Assembly (NCBI GenBank): GCA_965223845.1
Contig: CBDCXR010000004.1
Span: 2,688,001 to 2,752,000 of the forward strand
Source: Planctomycetota bacterium
GTDB taxonomy: Bacteria > Planctomycetota > UBA8108 > SXIK01
Reading direction: 5' to 3'
DNA: 64,000 nt
Shown here: piece by piece, positions 58,496 through 64,000 of the stretch
Layout of the letters: each line of letters starts with the position of its first letter
How positions within the stretch are numbered: the stretch's first letter is position 1
Notes under the pieces: generated by a model
The model's database searches: none
Seen by the model: the letters and a program-made list of their open reading frames with translations, nothing else
Told to the model about the DNA's origin: nothing
Program-made: the position numbers and the translations under genes

Positions 58496-61431
58496 AGTCC
58501 CTTCTCTTCCTTCGCCCGCTCCAAGATCTGGAGGAAATCACTCTTCTTTCCGCCCATATCCGAGGCGGTTCGGGGCTCGATGATCCGAATGATCTCACCG
58601 AACTTGTTCGCATCGCCCGCCGAGCCGAGGAAGAGCTTCAGCTTCATCAGGGTCAGGGTCCAATCCCAGAAGGTCTGATCAAGCGACTGCGCGAGCGCTT
58701 GGAGCTCCGGGTTCTGCACGGCTTGCGCGGCAACGCTCTTCGACCGAGCCTCCATGAGCGAGCAAGCCCAGTCGTAATACTTCTCCGCGGAGAGCGCTCG
58801 CGAAGTGTTGAGCTTCCCGCTCGTTCGGTAGATCTCACCCAGGTCGCGATAGACGTACGGGTCTTCCTCGTTCCGGCCCTTCCCGGGCGAGAACTCCTTG
58901 ATGTACGCCTTGAGAGTCTTGACTGCGTCCGAGCGATCTCCCTTCGCGCGCTCCACTCGCGCGGCGACGAGGAGATATTGCCGCCGGACTTCGGGCTCCT
59001 TCGCCGAGCGGTGCTTCTTGACGCGGTCGGCGAATTGCCCCGCCGCCTTCAGGAAGGCGGTTCTACGCTTTCGACTCCCGGACTCGACCGCGCCGGCGGC
59101 GAGACGCGACGCGACCATGAGAAGCGCATCGACATCCTTGAGGTCGTCGGCCGAGCGAGGATTGAGCGCGTAGTAGAGGGTGTGGAGTGCGGTCTCGTCT
59201 GCGTTCCCGAGATCGTTGAAGCAGTCCGCGACGTTCAGCGCCGCGTACCCGAGGACTGGTTCGTCCGAGCAGGTCTTTCGGATGGAGGCGAGCTGATCTT
59301 TCGCCTTGTCACACTCGCCGGTGCGAGCGAGGCAGAGAGCGTAGTAGGCGACTCCGGTGCACCGGGAGTCCGAGTCCTCGAGCTCACTCGCGAAGCGACC
59401 GAACGCCGTCGCCGCTTCCGGCCACTCACGCTTCAGGTAGTGCGTTTGCCCGAGGGCGAGAGTCGCCGTCGCCGCGCCCGCCTCGTCGCCGGCCGCGAGC
59501 GCCTTTCCGTAGATGTCCCCGAGACTCGCGACCGCCGCCGCGAGCTCGTCCTCCCACGGGTTCTCCTCGCCTTCGAAGCGGCTCCAAAGCTCGTAGATCA
59601 TCGCTTCCGCGCTCGCCTGCGCGCGCCAGTAGAACGGGACGGCGTTCTTCTTGCCGTCCTTCTCCACGAACTCTGGCACTTCCTGGTAGCGCTTCCGCGC
59701 CTGCTCGAAGCGACCGTCCTTCGCGGCTTGGTCGGCCTCGATCAGCGTCGCCCGATGCGCCTCGAAACCACCACCTTCGAGCCGGTCGAAGAGGGTCTTC
59801 GCCTGATCATTGAGACGAGTCACCTCGGCATGAGCGGTGGCGTTCGGTGTGTTCTGAACGGTCTTCGTCGCGGCCGCGAGGAAATTCCGCGCCGACTTGC
59901 TCGCGAGCTCACTCGAGCCGAGCGCACCGCCGAAAACGTCGAACAGCTCGGCGTAGGCCACCGCGGACTCGTGGAAACGCCCGAGGAGGAAGAGCGCCTC
60001 TCCGATCTCACTCAGACAGATCGGACCGTAGGTCATGAACTCGCGCGGCGACAAGACGCCGAGCGCGGTTTGGAACGTCGTGAGCGCATCTTCCCAGCGA
60101 AGCTCCGCCTTCAGCCCCTGGGCCGCCTGATAGTAGTCCTGTCCCCGAAGAGTCACGCCCTTGATCAGAGCGACGCGCCCGAGCGCCTTCCGCGCGTCGA
60201 TGACGTAGGCTTCGGCGGCAGCGTCACCGTCGTACGCCTCGATGATCTTGTGGATGCTGTCGAGACCCCGCTCGACTTCGCCGTCGCCAGCGAGAGCTAC
60301 CGCGTGCTCGAGGCGCGTGAGGATCGCGAACTGCCGCAGAGTAGGATCGCCTTCGGCGGTCGAGAGATCGAGCTGGTCGTTCTTTCTCTCGGTGAGAACG
60401 AAGTTCTCTATGGCGAGTCGCGCCTTCTGGTAGTCGCCCGCGGCGTTCGCAGCGCGGGATCCGAAGAGAATCGCCTTGATTCGCAGGTCCTTGAACGCGG
60501 CGACGATCGCAGGCTTGTACGGCCGCGCCGAGAGCGGTTCGATGTCGTAGAGAATGCTCAGGTGGTCGTACGCCAGTAGGTTCTGTCCGAGCTCGTAGGC
60601 GATGATTCCGCGCTTCAACTGCGCGTCGTACTCCATCACGTAGAACTCCGAGCGGTTCTCGACGAAGAAGTCCGCAAAGGCAAGCGCCTCTTCGAGCGTC
60701 TTCTTCCGCTCCCCGGAGCCCCGCGGCCATTCGCGTCCGTATCGCGTGTAGAACTCGATCCGGGCGAGCTCGGCCTGGTTCCGAATGACCAGAAGCGCGT
60801 CCGCGGCCTCCGCTTCAGCCCCAGCGATCTTCGCATCGGCGTCCTTGATCTGCGCCTCGATCGCCGGCACTACCTGCTCGGAGAAGGTCTTCTTCGCACG
60901 CGTACGCAGCTTCGTGGCCTGCTCGGGCGTCCTCGAGGCGACGAACAGATCCCGGAGCGCGTTCTGAAGCGTGCTCTCGATCGTTTGCAGTCCGCCGACG
61001 GACGCTCGGCCGTGATCGGGAAACTTTCGCTGAAACTCCTTGAGCGCGGCGGCGAAGCCTTCTTCGTCACCCTTCGCCTTGAGGAGATCGAGCCGGTAAC
61101 TCTCTGTCTGGGCGAGGTCGTTCTCGCTCAGCCCTCGGCTCTCCGCCTTCGCGGCGAGCCAGCGCTCCGCGGTGTCGTAGTAGCGGAGCTCCCGGATGAG
61201 AAAGTCGGCGAACTTGCGATCCTGCTGCGTCCAAGCGCCGCCAAACGGCGTCGTATCGCTCTGCGCGGCGCCGAGGCCACCCGGAGCGGCAAGGAGCGCC
61301 GCAACGACGAGTCCCGCGACCAAGGCGCAGGGTCGAGCCGACGTCCGCCCATAGCGCGGGCGCCGAACCGGAAATGAGACGACGTCAGATCCGACGTCCC
61401 AAACAGCGTGCGCGCGTCGAGTGAGCTTCAT
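58492..61431 (-). CDS. Large exported all-helical/TPR protein (about 980 aa)
   Basis: Hydrophobic signal ALVAGLVVAALLAAPG; TPR-like units (LSEIGEALFLLGRFHESA, TLALGQTHYLKREWPEAA, VYRDLGEIY). Start uncertain (61431 or 61503). Confidence 0.75.
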   Translation of the reverse strand: MKLTRRAHAVWDVGSDVVSFPVRRPRYGRTSARPCALVAGLVVAALLAAPGGLGAAQSDTTPFGGAWTQQDRKFADFLIRELRYYDTAERWLAAKAESRGLSENDLAQTESYRLDLLKAKGDEEGFAAALKEFQRKFPDHGRASVGGLQTIESTLQNALRDLFVASRTPEQATKLRTRAKKTFSEQVVPAIEAQIKDADAKIAGAEAEAADALLVIRNQAELARIEFYTRYGREWPRGSGERKKTLEEALAFADFFVENRSEFYVMEYDAQLKRGIIAYELGQNLLAYDHLSILYDIEPLSARPYKPAIVAAFKDLRIKAILFGSRAANAAGDYQKARLAIENFVLTERKNDQLDLSTAEGDPTLRQFAILTRLEHAVALAGDGEVERGLDSIHKIIEAYDGDAAAEAYVIDARKALGRVALIKGVTLRGQDYYQAAQGLKAELRWEDALTTFQTALGVLSPREFMTYGPICLSEIGEALFLLGRFHESAVAYAELFDVFGGALGSSELASKSARNFLAAATKTVQNTPNATAHAEVTRLNDQAKTLFDRLEGGGFEAHRATLIEADQAAKDGRFEQARKRYQEVPEFVEKDGKKNAVPFYWRAQASAEAMIYELWSRFEGEENPWEDELAAAVASLGDIYGKALAAGDEAGAATATLALGQTHYLKREWPEAATAFGRFASELEDSDSRCTGVAYYALCLARTGECDKAKDQLASIRKTCSDEPVLGYAALNVADCFNDLGNADETALHTLYYALNPRSADDLKDVDALLMVASRLAAGAVESGSRKRRTAFLKAAGQFADRVKKHRSAKEPEVRRQYLLVAARVERAKGDRSDAVKTLKAYIKEFSPGKGRNEEDPYVYRDLGEIYRTSGKLNTSRALSAEKYYDWACSLMEARSKSVAAQAVQNPELQALAQSLDQTFWDWTLTLMKLKLFLGSAGDANKFGEIIRIIEPRTASDMGGKKSDFLQILERAKEEKGL

Positions 61432-61594
61432 TCCTTGATCGATCACTTCGGTCACCGGACCAGCATCTCCCCACGTCTCCACTTCTCTTCGCATCTCTTC
61501 CACCGTTGAAGTCGCGAACTTCCGAGACGCCGCGTGCCCGTCACCGCCGCTCGGGCGATCACGGGCACGTGGCGAAACATCGTCGCGCCGAAAA

Positions 61595-64000
61595 TCACGT
61601 ACCGAAGAGCCTCGCCTCTTCCTCGTGGACTACCGTCACCTTGGCGTTGATCAGAACGAACAGGTTGCGCCGGAGCGTCGAGACTCCACGCCGCCCGAGG
61701 ATCAGGTTGAGGATCGGCATATCGAGGAGGCCGGGCACGCCGATCGACGTCTTCGTCGCGATTTCCTGTTTGAGTCCACCGACCAGCACCGTACCGCCGT
61801 CGGGAACGGTGACGGTCGTCTTGATCTTCGTAACCGAGAGCACGGGCAACTCGACCGGAACCACCGTGAAGTTTCCGGACAGGTTGAGCCGTGCCACGTC
61901 GCTCTCGAGCTGCTCGGCCAGCGTCGGCTGGAGCTCGAGGACGACGTACTTGCGATCGTAGCTGAGCGTCGGTCTCACCTCGAGGATGGAGCCCGAGTTG
62001 AGGACGCCGATCACCGGGTTGATGACCGGGATGACACCCGTCTGGTTGACCTCGAGGTCCTGGATGTACGCGCTCTGCTGGACGACCAGCGTGTGGGAGG
62101 TCTGCCCGTTGAACGCGGTGACCCGCGGGGAGTTGAGGCGCCGCACTTCCTGCTCCTTCGCGACGCCGGTGAGGATCGCTTCGAGCTGGAATCGCTCGGC
62201 CTTGAGAACGTTGAGCTGGTAGACGCCGCCGCCCTCGTTCGTGAGGTTGAACGGATTCACGGCGGAGCCGAGCGGGGTGCTCAGATTGCCGATCGACGCG
62301 ATACGCGCGTTGTAGTCGCCCTGCGGGTTGACGTACTCGTACCCGGGCTGAACGCTCGTCCCTGCGCCGTCGATATCGGGAATCGTGTTCGGGAGGAAGG
62401 TATTGCTCGCACTACCGAAGTCGACGCCGATCTCCTCGAGGAAGTTGTCGTTAATATCGAGGAAGCGCGACTCGACGGTCACCATGACGCCGGTCGACTT
62501 GCGGAACTGCTTGAGGAGCTTCACGAGCTTCAAGTGATTCGCGAGCGTCGTCCGCGCCGCGAGCTTTCCGGCCATGAGGCTGATCCCGGCTTCGTCACCG
62601 CCGCCGCCATCATCCTCATCGCCGCCGCCTTCGAGCTCCTTTCGGATCAGGTCGAGCAGCACGTCCGTCTCGAGCGGCCCCTGCGCTTCGGGCTCCCCAC
62701 CGAGGTCGATGAGGCTCTCGTCGCCGCCCGTCTTTCCCGCGAGCTCGTCGAGCGCGAGCCCCGGAGCCTTGAAGTCCGGACGCGAGCTGATCAGGTCGTT
62801 GATGTCGTAGAACTTGAGGTACTTCCGCACATTCAGGGACTCTTGCGGACCGATCTGAACCGCGCCGTCCTTGATGGCGTATCCGAAACCCGTCCCCGCC
62901 TTCGATCCAATCGTCTGGAGGATGATCTTGAGGATGCTCTCGAGCGGGAGATTGTTGTACTGCGGAAGCTGGATCGTCTCCTCTTCGTGCTCCGCACCCT
63001 CGCGGGTGAGAACGAAGTTGATCGCGGAAATCTCCCGGAGGGTGTTGAGGACGTCCTTGAACGACGTCTCCTGCTCGAAGTTGAGGCTGTGCTTGGCGAG
63101 AAGCTTCGCCTTGATGTCTCGCTCGCTCGCCGTCTCGCTCGCCGCGATCTCGTCTTCGAGGCTGACGACCTTGGGCGCGAGCCGGAACCACTCGTCGCGC
63201 TCCGGATAGCGGAAGATCTGCTGGTAGACGATCGAGCTCTCCTCGATTCCGATCACCGCGAGCTCGTAGTTCTCTGCGTAGGCCTTTCGGAGTCGTTCCT
63301 GCGTCTGCGTCTGCAAGTTGTCGCGCGCGATCTTGAGGCGGAGATTCGCTTCCTTGTCTCGCGCGTCGATGAGGAGAATGCTCTCGTAGAGCGAGACCGC
63401 GCGCTTGTAGTCGCGAGCGTCCTCGGCGGCCCGCGCCTTGCGGCGGAGCTGGCGAAGCTTGTTCTCGACGATGCGGAGGTCCGAGTTTCGCTCCTTCGCC
63501 TTCTGCTCGGCGATCATCTTGCGGAACGCTTCGCGCTCGGCTTCTTCCTGCTCGCTCTTCAGCCGCTCGAGCTGAGCGAGACCGGTCTTGACTTCGGCCT
63601 CGATGGTGTCGAGATCGAGATCGAACGGATAGTTGCGAATGGACTCGAGCACGCGCTCGTAGGCGTCGATGGCCTGAGCGTACTGCTGCTCGTCTTTGTG
63701 CCTCGCCGCTTGCGTCATCAGGCGGTGGATTTCGACCCGCGCCTGTTCCTTCTGCACTTTGTGGGTGTTCACGATATCGCGAATCGTCGCCCCGACTCCG
63801 GCGCCGGAGTCTCCGAGGAGGAGACGCACTTCGTCGAGGAGGCGACCCGCGGCCTCGTTCCCCGGATCGACGGAGACGGCTTCCTCGAGCGCGGCTTCGG
63901 CCTTGAGGAGATCGGCATTCGCGCGGTGGGCTTCCGCCTGACGGACGAGCTCGGCAGCGTGTTCGCGCCGGGCTTCCTTGCCGAGACCGAGCTCGTCGAT
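61595..64000 (-). CDS. Second TPR-containing secretin (5' end outside the window)
   Basis: Frame stays open to 64000 (IDELGLGKEARREH..EEAVSVDPGNE). Secretin motifs VTVESRFLDI, NSPRVTAFNGQ, GSILEVRP, TTVTVPDGGTVLVGG, GVPGLLDMPILNLILG..LFVLINAKV. Confidence 0.9.
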   Translation of the reverse strand: MDELGLGKEARREHAAELVRQAEAHRANADLLKAEAALEEAVSVDPGNEAAGRLLDEVRLLLGDSGAGVGATIRDIVNTHKVQKEQARVEIHRLMTQAARHKDEQQYAQAIDAYERVLESIRNYPFDLDLDTIEAEVKTGLAQLERLKSEQEEAEREAFRKMIAEQKAKERNSDLRIVENKLRQLRRKARAAEDARDYKRAVSLYESILLIDARDKEANLRLKIARDNLQTQTQERLRKAYAENYELAVIGIEESSIVYQQIFRYPERDEWFRLAPKVVSLEDEIAASETASERDIKAKLLAKHSLNFEQETSFKDVLNTLREISAINFVLTREGAEHEEETIQLPQYNNLPLESILKIILQTIGSKAGTGFGYAIKDGAVQIGPQESLNVRKYLKFYDINDLISSRPDFKAPGLALDELAGKTGGDESLIDLGGEPEAQGPLETDVLLDLIRKELEGGGDEDDGGGGDEAGISLMAGKLAARTTLANHLKLVKLLKQFRKSTGVMVTVESRFLDINDNFLEEIGVDFGSASNTFLPNTIPDIDGAGTSVQPGYEYVNPQGDYNARIASIGNLSTPLGSAVNPFNLTNEGGGVYQLNVLKAERFQLEAILTGVAKEQEVRRLNSPRVTAFNGQTSHTLVVQQSAYIQDLEVNQTGVIPVINPVIGVLNSGSILEVRPTLSYDRKYVVLELQPTLAEQLESDVARLNLSGNFTVVPVELPVLSVTKIKTTVTVPDGGTVLVGGLKQEIATKTSIGVPGLLDMPILNLILGRRGVSTLRRNLFVLINAKVTVVHEEEARLFGT

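Noticed and set aside
52525-64000. Calling the locus a canonical T2SS, T4P, Tol-Pal or Ton system
   Set aside because: No gspE/F/G, pilB/C, tolA/B/pal, tonB or TonB-dependent receptor is visible; genes beyond the window edge cannot be excluded.

Overview
GC-rich bacterial window with almost all real genes on the minus strand. Gene content (CotH/lamin-tail protein, sulfatase, Tat-exported Gfo/Idh/MocA, TPR-secretins, TMTC-like glycosyltransferase) suggests a Planctomycetota/PVC-type organism; this is inference, not a database result. From left to right: a partial CotH-kinase/lamin-tail gene; a beta-propeller gene, an orphan FtsX-type permease and a Cys-motif protein; an oppABCDF-type operon with an embedded purple acid phosphatase; a sugar dehydrogenase pair; thpR, an iodotyrosine deiodinase-like gene and arfB; tandem amidohydrolases and an SSS catabolic locus; an 11-kb chemosensory cluster (cheA, cheW, MCP, cheD, REC-CheX, cheB, cheX, cheY, a degenerate CheA-like protein and a REC-cNMP-DUF4388 protein, with no cheR); a rhomboid that appears to lack its catalytic His; a REP-like tandem repeat; rplM-rpsI and rsmE; a glycosylation operon (GT2, GT4, methyltransferase, TMTC-like, membrane/spermidine-synthase fusion); an archaeal-type HAD and a sulfatase. 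The best candidate for an undescribed system is at the right end: two TPR-bearing secretins flank two large exported TPR proteins and an ExbB-ExbD-ExbD proton-channel module, with no TonB, ATPase or pilin in the visible part. No rRNA, tRNA, CRISPR array or transposase was recognised. All calls come from reading motifs by eye.
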